From an uncultured archaeon (GTDB lineage Archaea; Aenigmatarchaeota; Aenigmatarchaeia; PWEA01; JAGHBM01), in assembly GCA_964584335.1 (NCBI GenBank), contig CAZOZN010000002.1:162974-226973 (forward strand): a DNA stretch of 64,000 nt. Direction: 5' to 3'. The notes below the pieces were generated by a model. It did no database searches. It was not told the DNA's origin and saw nothing but the letters and a program-made list of their open reading frames with translations. Position numbers and translations under genes: made by a program. Positions 27,798 through 37,200 of this stretch are shown piece after piece. Numbering within the stretch: position 1 is the first letter of the stretch; every line of letters begins with the position of its first letter.

Positions 27798-28832
27798 TCA
27801 CAAAGATTCCCATAATTTTTTGTATTTTTGTGCAATTTTATCCCAAGTTTCCGATTTTGCAACATTTTTTGATTTTTCTGAATATTCTTTCATTTTATTT
27901 GGGTTATTAAGCATATTAATTATTTCTATTGCAAAATTTTCTGGTTTTGGTTCAACCAAAACTCCACCAGAATCTACAGCATCAATTATTCCTGCTTGTT
28001 TGCCAGCTATTACGGGAAGTCCGGATGCTTGAGCTTCTTTTATGACCATGCCAAAAGATTCTACTTTGCTAGAATAAACAAACAAATTAGATGCCTTAAG
28101 TATTTCGGGAATATCTTTTATGAATCCGGCGAATATTATTTTGTTTTTGTAATGTTTTTTTGAAGCATATTTTTTGCATTCTTCAAGGTATTTTCCACCT
28201 CCAACTATTACGAAAACAAAGTTTTTTATTTTCTTTTCTACCAGTTCCATTGATTCTATAAGCAGTTTTACTCCTTCCATCTTATATGGATGTTTCCATG
28301 TAAGATTGGTCACTGTTATTATTATACTGTCTTTTTCATTTATCTTAAACTCTTTTCTAAGATTCCCCGCAGGAGCATTTGAATATTTTTCATAATCTAT
28401 GCCATTGTGCATGACCGAACTCTTATCCTTTAGAAACGGGAATTTATCAAGGAAATGTTTCTCTACATTTTTTGATATGAAAAAGACATGGTTAACTCTG
28501 TTTAGTGATTTTTTCTCAAAGTAACCCGTAAGCATTCTTTGAAATAGGCTTTTTCTTTTCTTCCTGAAAATAGATTCGCCTATACCCCTTATTATTATTG
28601 TGGAGGGTATGTTTTTTTTATTTCCGAATTTGGTTGCTATCCAACCGGTCAGAGAGTAACTGTCTGCGTGTATTACATCATATTTGTTTTTTTTAAGCCA
28701 CAGAAAAATTGATGGAAGTGTTTTTGAATTTATTTTTGTAAAAAGTTTTACTTTAATTCCCTGTTTTTCCAGCGCCTTTTTAAGACATTCGCCACGCGCC
28801 TTTCTTTTTATTAGTAGAACAACAGTTTCCAT
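27798..28832 (-). CDS. GT4 glycosyltransferase
   Basis: HNGID, ESFGMVIKEAQASGLPVI. Confidence 0.9.
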   Translation of the reverse strand: METVVLLIKRKARGECLKKALEKQGIKVKLFTKINSKTLPSIFLWLKKNKYDVIHADSYSLTGWIATKFGNKKNIPSTIIIRGIGESIFRKKRKSLFQRMLTGYFEKKSLNRVNHVFFISKNVEKHFLDKFPFLKDKSSVMHNGIDYEKYSNAPAGNLRKEFKINEKDSIIITVTNLTWKHPYKMEGVKLLIESMELVEKKIKNFVFVIVGGGKYLEECKKYASKKHYKNKIIFAGFIKDIPEILKASNLFVYSSKVESFGMVIKEAQASGLPVIAGKQAGIIDAVDSGGVLVEPKPENFAIEIINMLNNPNKMKEYSEKSKNVAKSETWDKIAQKYKKLWESL

Positions 28833-28840
28833 AAAAAAAC

Positions 28841-29677
28841 CTATATATAACCAAGATTCTTTAGCCTGTTTTCTATATTTTTTCTGTCTTTTGTTGTTGG
28901 AAGATTAAGAATTTTCATTATTATGTCATAAAAGTCTGTTATCTTCGGTTTCTCTAGGTCCAATTTTTTACTGCATGAATAAAACCCGTGTTTTGAATGG
29001 TTACCTTCACCGTCTGCTCCATGGTCCGACACTATTATAAGAATATAATCTTCTTCCATTCTTTCTTTTATTTTACCAACAAAAGAATTAATATCCCTGT
29101 ACTTTTTTTCTATATATTCTTTATCCATAAAAAAGTGATGCTGTAGCAAATCAAAGAAATTTGTGAAACCAAAATAATTCCCCTCAATTTTCATCATGTT
29201 TTTCTTGTCCCTTTCGTACATTTCTTCAAGAAAATTTCTAAATTCCAGTGTTGATATATCCTTCCTTCTCCACTGGTCTAGTTTTTTGAATGATTCCATT
29301 TCATGAAGGTCAACAAACGGGACATTGTAGTGATTGAATTTTGTCTCATCCATAAATGTTGTTTTTTTGAGCTCTGGGAAACTTTTCACATCTCTTGTTT
29401 TTTCCTTTATTTTTCTTTTCATTTTTTTTGGAATTATTTTCGATATCTTTATTTTTGAGTTTAATTTCATTAAAGGGTTGGTGCTTTCAAATGATTCGCC
29501 CTCATAAATTTCTCCTGTCAGGAAAGAACCCCAAACCTGTGGTGAAAGCGGAAGACCTCTTTTATCCAGGGGTACTATAGTTTTACCGTATTCCATTTGC
29601 TTTAAATTTTTCAGGTCCAACTTTTCCACAATATTATATTCAAGAGAATCTATACCCAATATACATACTTTACTCAT
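28841..29677 (-). CDS. AlkP/NPP-superfamily protein no. 4 with RLKNLGYI tail
   Basis: LGIDSL, PLSPQVWGSFLTG, DLLQH, SDHG, GNHS; tail IENRLKNLGYI. Confidence 0.88.
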   Translation of the reverse strand: MSKVCILGIDSLEYNIVEKLDLKNLKQMEYGKTIVPLDKRGLPLSPQVWGSFLTGEIYEGESFESTNPLMKLNSKIKISKIIPKKMKRKIKEKTRDVKSFPELKKTTFMDETKFNHYNVPFVDLHEMESFKKLDQWRRKDISTLEFRNFLEEMYERDKKNMMKIEGNYFGFTNFFDLLQHHFFMDKEYIEKKYRDINSFVGKIKERMEEDYILIIVSDHGADGEGNHSKHGFYSCSKKLDLEKPKITDFYDIIMKILNLPTTKDRKNIENRLKNLGYI

Positions 29678-29686
29678 AAAAACACT

Positions 29687-31003
29687 CTAATTCTTTAGAT
29701 ATTTAAAAATATGAAAGTTTTTGAAGCTCTTTGCTTCTTTGTATTTTTTTGTTTTTTCTTTATTGTTTGAGATTATCCAGTTTATTTTTATTTTATTATA
29801 TTCTCCTTTTTTGAATATATCCTTATCATATCCCGGGGACAATATTTTTACATCTGAAAAGTAAACTGCGGCTCTCCAGTAGCTTCTTGGAAATACCGCC
29901 AAAACGTCTTCTTTTTTGGATTCTTTTTCAACCCATTTGCAGCATTTTATAAAGTCCTTAGAGAATATTCTATCCGAGCCTTTGTAATTTTTGTAAATAA
30001 AACCTATTCCAGCAAAAGACAGTAAAACACAAAACCAGAAAACAGGTGAGTTGCCAAAAACCATTCCCACTATTAATGCTCCAGGAAATATTGCATTATA
30101 CACATGCCTGTATCCCGCACCAAGGGGCCACAAGAATCCGAGAGCTTCCACAGAGAAGAACCATATATAAAAAAACGGGTTTGTTATGCCGTTAGTCAGT
30201 GAGTCAAATAATATTAAAATCACAAAGGGGAATGCAAACAAAGGAGTCATGGGGTTCATGGACCCCACATGATGAAAACCACTTTCACCTACCTTTGCGT
30301 AGTATTTTATTGTCTCGAAATGACTTTTTATTGTTTCAAAATACCTGCCTTTTGTTAAAAGAACAGCCAAACCGACTGATAAAAAGAAACACACAACCGG
30401 CAAAAAGTCAATGAAAAATATAGAGCTTGCTAAAACCACAGCAAAAAGACTTTGTATTGTTATCTTATGTGTCATTAAAACAAAGAAACTAAAAAATACA
30501 AAAAAGGAAAGTGAGATAATATTTTCAGATGAATAATAATAATAAAGGCAGATTAGGGACATATTCAAAAAAATATTTGCCAGTGGCTTCGGACTCAGAG
30601 TTTGGCATGAGAGAACGGCATTTGGTGCTATAGCGTAGACTAAAACAGATACAACCGAAGCCTCAAAACCGAAAATCGAGTTGGTTATCAAAAACAATAT
30701 TATCATTGATGATATGTCTAGAATAGTTGCAAAATATCTTAGTTTGTCATGATGTTTTTTTGGGAATACAGACAAAACAACATAGAGCAACGGGGGATAA
30801 AATTTAACGTATCTCTCATATCTTTTGTCTGTATGTATTAGATTTTTTATGTCTGAATAAATACCATTCTTCTTTACGCTCAGCGCTTCTATTAAGTGGT
30901 GAAAAGTGTCTATACCAACCCATTTGTTTTTAAAGTGAAATATACTTCTCAAAAAGAAAGAAAATAATATTATAATTATTATAATCCAAAGCATGTTTAT
31001 CAA
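29687..31003 (-). CDS. Multi-TM GT-C-fold-like membrane glycosyltransferase
   Basis: First-loop GIDTFHH and YPPL, about 11 hydrophobic segments, short soluble C-terminal domain; located in the glycan locus. Confidence 0.6.
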   Translation of the reverse strand: MINMLWIIIIIILFSFFLRSIFHFKNKWVGIDTFHHLIEALSVKKNGIYSDIKNLIHTDKRYERYVKFYPPLLYVVLSVFPKKHHDKLRYFATILDISSMIILFLITNSIFGFEASVVSVLVYAIAPNAVLSCQTLSPKPLANIFLNMSLICLYYYYSSENIISLSFFVFFSFFVLMTHKITIQSLFAVVLASSIFFIDFLPVVCFFLSVGLAVLLTKGRYFETIKSHFETIKYYAKVGESGFHHVGSMNPMTPLFAFPFVILILFDSLTNGITNPFFYIWFFSVEALGFLWPLGAGYRHVYNAIFPGALIVGMVFGNSPVFWFCVLLSFAGIGFIYKNYKGSDRIFSKDFIKCCKWVEKESKKEDVLAVFPRSYWRAAVYFSDVKILSPGYDKDIFKKGEYNKIKINWIISNNKEKTKKYKEAKSFKNFHIFKYLKN

Positions 31004-31042
31004 GTTATTATTTTTAGTATAATTATATAAGGGTGTTAGTTT

Positions 31043-31921
31043 ATGAATAATTGTATGAAAGTTTACGTTTTTGGGATAGATGCATTGGAGTATAACCTTG
31101 TTGAAAAACTCGATTTAAAGAATCTAAAGCAAAGCGAATATGGAAAATCAATCGTACCCATAGATGAAAAATCAGGAAGACCGGTTTCACCACAGGTTTG
31201 GGGTTCTTTTCTTACGGGAGATATAGAAAAGAAAGGTTTCGCACACAAGAGCATATACTGGAAGATGGTTGACAAGTTCAAGAAAAAACGTTCTAAGAAA
31301 TTCAAGGAAAAAATAGCCCCTCTTGTATATAAAATAGGCAGTATAGCAGGAGAAAAAACTAAGGATTTTCCTAAGCTTGATAAGACAACTTTTCTTGACG
31401 AAACAAAATCAGTTAAATTGAATGTTCCTTATTATGATTATTCCGCGGGTGAATCACTTAGGCAAATAGAAGCATTCAGAAGAAGAGAGCTGGGAATACA
31501 AAGATTCAAGGAATTACAGGAGGAAGAATTTGATAAGCTAAAAAACAAGACACTTGAAAAGATTAAAGAAGAATGTGATATATTCATGGTTTATTATGAT
31601 TTCTTGGATAACATATCGCACATACTTTACAAGGACAGTGATTATATAGAAAAAAAGTATACAGAGGTCGATGAATTTATAGGGAAAATAAAGAGTAATT
31701 TGAAAGAAGATGAAATGTTTTTGATTGTTTCTGATCATGGTTTTGATTTTGAAAAAGGGGAACATTCTAATCATGGTTTTTATTCATTAAACAAAAAATT
31801 TGGTTTACAAAAGCCAAAAATAATAGATTTCTACGATATCATTTTGAAAAAATTAAAACTACCAACAAAAAAAGATAGGGTAGAAATCAAGAGGAAACTT
31901 CAGGACTTGGGTTACATTTAA
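31043..31921 (+). CDS. AlkP/NPP-superfamily protein no. 5 with KLQDLGYI tail (paralog of no. 4)
   Basis: FGIDAL, PVSPQVWGSFLTG, DNISH, SDHGF, GEHS; tail IKRKLQDLGYI; start probably ATG 31055. Confidence 0.88.
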   Translation: MNNCMKVYVFGIDALEYNLVEKLDLKNLKQSEYGKSIVPIDEKSGRPVSPQVWGSFLTGDIEKKGFAHKSIYWKMVDKFKKKRSKKFKEKIAPLVYKIGSIAGEKTKDFPKLDKTTFLDETKSVKLNVPYYDYSAGESLRQIEAFRRRELGIQRFKELQEEEFDKLKNKTLEKIKEECDIFMVYYDFLDNISHILYKDSDYIEKKYTEVDEFIGKIKSNLKEDEMFLIVSDHGFDFEKGEHSNHGFYSLNKKFGLQKPKIIDFYDIILKKLKLPTKKDRVEIKRKLQDLGYI

Positions 31922-32913
31922 AGAAAAATTAAAAACAGAGATATTAAACTCACAGCCAATTGCATTCCCAGTATTATTAATGCCACTTGATGTTCTTTGA
32001 ATTTACCTCTTTTCATAACAAATTGTGTGAGTGAAAAGGATTTTTTGTACATGGGTTTAAGTATACCATCTTCCTGAATAATTCCCCAGTTTTCTGCCTG
32101 AAATTTGCTTCTTAGTTTTAAAAACAGCTCAACAAAGAACAATAAGAAAAGCAATAAACCCATTTTTTCTATATTTCCTATAATAACAATAGAAGATATT
32201 ATCGCACCCATCGCCATGGTTCCGGTATCACCTGGGAATATTTTTGCTGGGTACCAGTTGAATATTAAAAAAGCTAAAAGCGTTCCTGCTAGGGCGAAAG
32301 AAACTGAAGATATTATTGCGTTAGACAGAACTAATCCAAAAAGTCCTAGAAAAATTGATATTATTAGACACAAGCCAGTTCTTAACCCATTCATTCCTCC
32401 TAACATGTTGACAGCGTTTGATGCTCCCGTTATACCCAGAGGTATTAAAAAAAGAGGGTATAAAATACCGAAGTTTACCTGACCTATAATAGGAAATTTC
32501 ATTACATAGTTCCCTGCCATGACAGCTATAAGTGGGAATGATGCAAAAACAGGTAGCAAAGCATGTTGCCATTGTCTTATTCCTTTTTTCCATCCCAGAA
32601 TATCATCCAAAACGCCAATAAAAACTGTTATTAATGCCGTGCATAAAATTGCGAGCAAGAGAACCAATGTATCGCCACGGGAAACTGCTATTGCCGGCAA
32701 TAAAGAAGCGGAGAATCCAGCTATTATTACAATACCACCCATTTCGGCTACTTCCGGCTTGTCTCTTTTGTTCATGTCTTTTCCGGTTATTCCTGCTTTT
32801 TTGAAGGCTTTTATGAAAATTGGGGTTATTATCAATGTTACAAAGAAAGAGAATGAACCAAGTATTAGAGAAGCTAGCCATATAGGTAATCTCAAGAATG
32901 CTATTGATATCAT
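31918..32913 (-). CDS. aglH: UDP-GlcNAc:dolichyl-phosphate GlcNAc-1-P transferase (AglH/Alg7, MraY-like)
   Basis: GKDMNK..VAEMGG, GVLDD, NAVNMLGGMNG, FNWYPAKIFPGDTG. Confidence 0.88.
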   Translation of the reverse strand: MISIAFLRLPIWLASLILGSFSFFVTLIITPIFIKAFKKAGITGKDMNKRDKPEVAEMGGIVIIAGFSASLLPAIAVSRGDTLVLLLAILCTALITVFIGVLDDILGWKKGIRQWQHALLPVFASFPLIAVMAGNYVMKFPIIGQVNFGILYPLFLIPLGITGASNAVNMLGGMNGLRTGLCLIISIFLGLFGLVLSNAIISSVSFALAGTLLAFLIFNWYPAKIFPGDTGTMAMGAIISSIVIIGNIEKMGLLLFLLFFVELFLKLRSKFQAENWGIIQEDGILKPMYKKSFSLTQFVMKRGKFKEHQVALIILGMQLAVSLISLFLIFL

Positions 32914-32922
32914 TTTCCCATC

Positions 32923-34590
32923 CTATTGAAACGGATTAATCTGGCTCATTTGAGTCGTATCTTCATTTCCGTCTGTAAGTTCGTAAACTATGACACAGTC
33001 TATTATATTTGGATTATAAAGACAATTTTCTGGGTATGAATATACTTTTTTGTATTTATCAGAACTTTCTATATACTGGACGAAAGAAAGCGGATAACTT
33101 ACCTTTTCCCTACCTTCCTTTATCGAAAATTTTTGTATATACAAATATTCTATTCCATATAAGTCAAAAATTTCATATGTGGTATCATTTTGTAATAGAA
33201 TAGCATCTCCCATCTTTGGTTCGGCATTTCCTATAGGTGTTCTTTTACAGTGATATTCTGCTCTGCTCCCCCACATATTGTAAATTATTGTATCTTCCGG
33301 TGTATTTTCTCTTATCCAGTCACAACCAACAAAAAAAGCATCTGAGAAGTGTTTGATTGGCCTTAATGATTCTGACTTTTCTGATGCTCTTCCCATACCC
33401 CAGAATAGCAAGAAAATAACAAAAATTACCCCAATAAATTTACCCACCTTATCAAATGAAGATAGGTAATCATATATTTTTGAGGCGAAAAAACCAGCAG
33501 AAATTGCAAGAGGTGCTATAATTATAACAGTGTTTCTTGAAAGTCCTTCTACCCTTGTCGTTCCAAACAAAATATATACTGCAGAAAAAAGTAATATTGC
33601 CCACAAAACAGGTATTATGTATTTTTTCTTTTTTTCAATAAAGTAATAAGAAAATCCAAGTAAAGAGAATATAAATGCAGGTAAAGTATACGCAAATTCG
33701 GCATAATTTGTGAAACCAAATTTGTGAAGCGGGGCGGCAGTGCCTGTTCCTGATTCCTGCGGTTCTCTTAAACCAACAGTTTCTACTTCGGGAAGTGATT
33801 CTTCTACGCTTTCTTTTCCTCTGAATTGTACATCCAAGCCCACGGTTTTAAAAACTTTTGATAGTTTGTAATCAGGATTCCCTGTTTGTATGTAGTTATG
33901 GCCTATCGCCCACGGTGAAATGAAAAGGAATAGAACTATTATTATTAACAGAGAATCTTTTATTCTTTCATTCCATTTTTTCTTGTAAACAAATAATACA
34001 ATTATGAAAATTAGACCGAAAAGCACTGAACTTACCTCTGTTAGCGCGGAAAAGCCGAATAGAATTGCTGTCATTAGGATGTTTATTTTTTTATTATCCT
34101 CAAGATACTTGTAGAAGAAATATACGGATGAAATTATAAACATAAGAGCTATGTGTTCTGTATAAAGGAAAACTGTGTGAGTTATAAGTGCAGGCATCAT
34201 AAGGTAAAAAATAACTGCAAGTGTTGCTGCTCTTGTTGAATGTATTTTTTTGGTTAAAAGAAACAACATCAATGCTGAAATTATAGAAACAATAGGAAGC
34301 AACACTCTCATTCCAGAATCCCCTGCTATCGTGTAAAAGGATGCTAAAATAAGAAAAGTTTCCGGAGGTTTTGTTAAATACTCTACATTAAGACTATCTC
34401 CATATATCTCATCAGATACAGGTATTTCCATATTCTGGGCCATCCATTCCCCTCTTGCTGCGTAGTAACCTTCATCACCAAATACAAGAGGCTCTGAAAT
34501 TGAGACACTTAGATTAAAATAAAGGCTCAAGATTAAAGTTATTGTAAGTATGGAATACCAGAAAAACTTCTCATTGAACTTTATCTCCAT
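32923..34590 (-). CDS. GT-C (ArnT/PMT-like) glycosyltransferase with STT3-like C-terminal domain
   Basis: First-loop GDEGYY, KPP, many TM helices; C-terminal WIRENTPEDTIIYNMW resembles AglB but lacks WWD. Confidence 0.75.
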   Translation of the reverse strand: MEIKFNEKFFWYSILTITLILSLYFNLSVSISEPLVFGDEGYYAARGEWMAQNMEIPVSDEIYGDSLNVEYLTKPPETFLILASFYTIAGDSGMRVLLPIVSIISALMLFLLTKKIHSTRAATLAVIFYLMMPALITHTVFLYTEHIALMFIISSVYFFYKYLEDNKKINILMTAILFGFSALTEVSSVLFGLIFIIVLFVYKKKWNERIKDSLLIIIVLFLFISPWAIGHNYIQTGNPDYKLSKVFKTVGLDVQFRGKESVEESLPEVETVGLREPQESGTGTAAPLHKFGFTNYAEFAYTLPAFIFSLLGFSYYFIEKKKKYIIPVLWAILLFSAVYILFGTTRVEGLSRNTVIIIAPLAISAGFFASKIYDYLSSFDKVGKFIGVIFVIFLLFWGMGRASEKSESLRPIKHFSDAFFVGCDWIRENTPEDTIIYNMWGSRAEYHCKRTPIGNAEPKMGDAILLQNDTTYEIFDLYGIEYLYIQKFSIKEGREKVSYPLSFVQYIESSDKYKKVYSYPENCLYNPNIIDCVIVYELTDGNEDTTQMSQINPFQ

Positions 34591-34649
34591 TTTATCAATT
34601 TTGTTTTATACTTTTAAATATTTAAAAAACAGGCCTTATAGGTAATTAT

Positions 34650-35627
34650 ATGAAAAAAAGATATTTACTTTTTTTAATTTCAATATTACTTTTAATCGGA
34701 TTGATATATTTTTCAAACCCCCAGGAAATTTATTCTGTTTTAGTTGAAGCTAAGTTGAATTATATTTTACTTGGTTTGGTTTTTTGGCTTGTCGGTTGTC
34801 TAGTTAGAACATATAGATGGAAATATCTTCTTTCAAAAAGGAATATAGAAATAGGTTTTTTCTCGGCAGTTAAGATATATATAATGGGACTTTTTATATC
34901 GAACATAACACCCCTTAAGACAGGAGACCCCGCTAGAATATATTTACTCAAAGAAATTAAACAAAAAAGCTTCAGCAGAAGTATGCCATCTATTTTTATT
35001 GAAAGAATTTTGGATATCTTATGTTTGATATCCATATCAATTTTAGGTTTAGTTTTTCTTTCTTTTTCATCAGATATTTCTTATTACCTTTTTTTCTCAA
35101 TAATTTTGTATTCTTTAGTAATTTTTATGGTTTTGTTCTTTTCTCTTTCAGAAGGGAAGATGGAATTTTTCTTAAAGAAGATTATCGACATTTTTTCATT
35201 TTTACCCAGAGTAAAAAAACTGGATAAAAAGATTGATTATTTTTCTAAAAATTTCAGAAATTCTTTAAGAGAATACAACAAAAACACTCTTTTAATATCA
35301 TTCATAATTTCTGTTTTTGTGTGGATTCTTAATGCACTGGTAGGTTTATCTGTTTTCTATTCCATAGGAATAAATATTTCTTATTCTGTTGTTTTGGTTG
35401 TAATGTCTGTAGGTATATTGATAGGCATATTGACCATATTACCGGGTTCTCTCGGTTCAGGAGAAATAATAACAGTTTTTCTTTATTCACAGTTTGTAAA
35501 TGTTCAAGTAAGTTCTTTAACATCTGTAGCTCTTTTAAGCAGATTACTTAACTTTTGGATATACGTGTTTATTGGATTGTTTCTATTTTTAAGGTATGGT
35601 GTTAAGAAATCTGAAAATTACATATAA
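34650..35627 (+). CDS. UPF0104/AglD2-like flippase-type membrane protein (paralog of 12597)
   Basis: RTYRW, NITPLKTGDPAR, IERILD, LPGSLGSGE, SRLLNFW. Confidence 0.85.
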   Translation: MKKRYLLFLISILLLIGLIYFSNPQEIYSVLVEAKLNYILLGLVFWLVGCLVRTYRWKYLLSKRNIEIGFFSAVKIYIMGLFISNITPLKTGDPARIYLLKEIKQKSFSRSMPSIFIERILDILCLISISILGLVFLSFSSDISYYLFFSIILYSLVIFMVLFFSLSEGKMEFFLKKIIDIFSFLPRVKKLDKKIDYFSKNFRNSLREYNKNTLLISFIISVFVWILNALVGLSVFYSIGINISYSVVLVVMSVGILIGILTILPGSLGSGEIITVFLYSQFVNVQVSSLTSVALLSRLLNFWIYVFIGLFLFLRYGVKKSENYI

Positions 35628-37192
35628 CCTAGACTTTTAAGCCTTTCTTTTATTTTTTCTTCTTCGTCTTCCGATGTTTTGATTTCTTCTTGTCTTGATA
35701 GGGGTTCTCTGTATTTTATTTCTCTGTAATTTTTTATTATCTCGGATATAACTTTCCCATCCATGTCTTTTGGAACTTTTTCTTTCATTAAATGAAGAAT
35801 TGTAGGTGAAATATCCATTATGCTTAGATTTTTAATGTTTTGTATATTTTTGATGTCAGGACCAATTGCCATAAATATTCCTTCCATTGTGTGAAAGCCT
35901 TCCAGTTTTCTTTCTTTTGTGAATAATTTATTTTCATTTATCTTTGGCGAAGAAACTATTTGTTTCTTGAATTCAACAAAAATATCCGGAATATTTTTAA
36001 TGTAAGGACCATTAAAGAGCTCTTCTTTTTTCCAAACTTTTTGGATATATTTATCGAGTTTCTTGTCATTTTTTAATTTATCTATTATTTCGTTTCTGGT
36101 TTTTTCATAATCTTCCCTCTTAACTAACCCAAAGGGTTCTCTACTTTCCAGGTTTAGTCTTATATCACCCATTATTCCTGAACAAAATGCCTTTGTTTTT
36201 TTCCAGTCAGCGTCTATCATCTCACTTCTACTTTCCTTTATTTTTTTCTCCAAAGCTTTTGGCATTATTTTAAACAAATCAAATTTTATCTTATTTCTCA
36301 TTATGTTTGCTATTCCTGTTTTTTCAAGTAAGTTGAATAAGCTCCCCAATAAAGACTTTCTCTTTTTCTTTTCAAAGTAACCGTAATCAGAGAGAACATT
36401 ATTTAAAAATAAAACTCCGTAACTTGGGGCGAAACCGTGGTCAGATGCTATCAATAGGTTAGGTTTTTTTAATTTATTGTATAACTCTTCTATTTTTCTG
36501 TCTATGTGTTCGTAATATTTTTTTACAATTTGTTCGTATTCCTTTTTGTGATTTGGGTGTTTCGGGTCTATAAAACTAGCATAGTTATGGTGCAAATGTT
36601 CCGAGCCAGTTATAACAAGTGATATAAATTCGGGATTTTTGTATTTTAATATAACATCAAGAGCTTCAAATCTTTTGTCGGTAGCTTCATAAACTTCTTC
36701 TACAAAATTTCCACCACCCTTATGTACATGGTCTGGTTGTATTTTATAACCTATTTTTTTTACTTTTTTGCTTATTTCTTCGGGGTATATATATTCTGAA
36801 AAAGGAGGAGCCAGCCATGCTGATATCGTAGTTATTTTTTTGTTTTTTCTTGGAGGATAAGAAACAGGAAAATTTATTGAACAGCATTCATGTTTTTCTG
36901 TAAGGTAATCAAATAAAGTCGCTCCTTTTATGTCATTTGCATTAGGCACGAAGTGTTTGTATGAATTTTCCTTCTTCAACACAGTGTTGTAAAGACCGTG
37001 CTTTCCTGGATTTTTACCGGTTTGTATAGAAGTCCAAGCTAACATAGAGTGTGGGGGAAATACGGTCCTTAGGTCTCCCGAGGAGCCTTCATTTAGTATT
37101 TTTTCAAAAAAAGGAAGACTACCTTCTTTTATCCACTTTTTTATTATGTCTAGTCTTGCTCCATCTATCCCAACGAAAAGAGTTTTTGAGAT
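35618..37192 (-). CDS. AlkP/NPP-superfamily protein no. 6 with RLKSLGYM tail; probable non-canonical ATC start
   Basis: Frame stays open upstream of the called ATG 37045 and encodes (I)SKTLFVGIDGARLDIIKKWIKEGSLPFFEKILNEGSSGDLRTVFPPHS, including the metal-binding GIDG; SDHGF, GFHT, DISPTIL; tail IKERLKSLGYM. Confidence 0.85.
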   Translation of the reverse strand: MSKTLFVGIDGARLDIIKKWIKEGSLPFFEKILNEGSSGDLRTVFPPHSMLAWTSIQTGKNPGKHGLYNTVLKKENSYKHFVPNANDIKGATLFDYLTEKHECCSINFPVSYPPRKNKKITTISAWLAPPFSEYIYPEEISKKVKKIGYKIQPDHVHKGGGNFVEEVYEATDKRFEALDVILKYKNPEFISLVITGSEHLHHNYASFIDPKHPNHKKEYEQIVKKYYEHIDRKIEELYNKLKKPNLLIASDHGFAPSYGVLFLNNVLSDYGYFEKKKRKSLLGSLFNLLEKTGIANIMRNKIKFDLFKIMPKALEKKIKESRSEMIDADWKKTKAFCSGIMGDIRLNLESREPFGLVKREDYEKTRNEIIDKLKNDKKLDKYIQKVWKKEELFNGPYIKNIPDIFVEFKKQIVSSPKINENKLFTKERKLEGFHTMEGIFMAIGPDIKNIQNIKNLSIMDISPTILHLMKEKVPKDMDGKVISEIIKNYREIKYREPLSRQEEIKTSEDEEEKIKERLKSLGYM

Positions 37193-37200
37193 ACCATCAC

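Noticed and set aside
14484-37192. AlkP paralogs as classical formylglycine sulfatases
   Set aside because: None has C/SxPxR; the nucleophile context is S/TxxxW (NPP-like), and no maturase gene is evident
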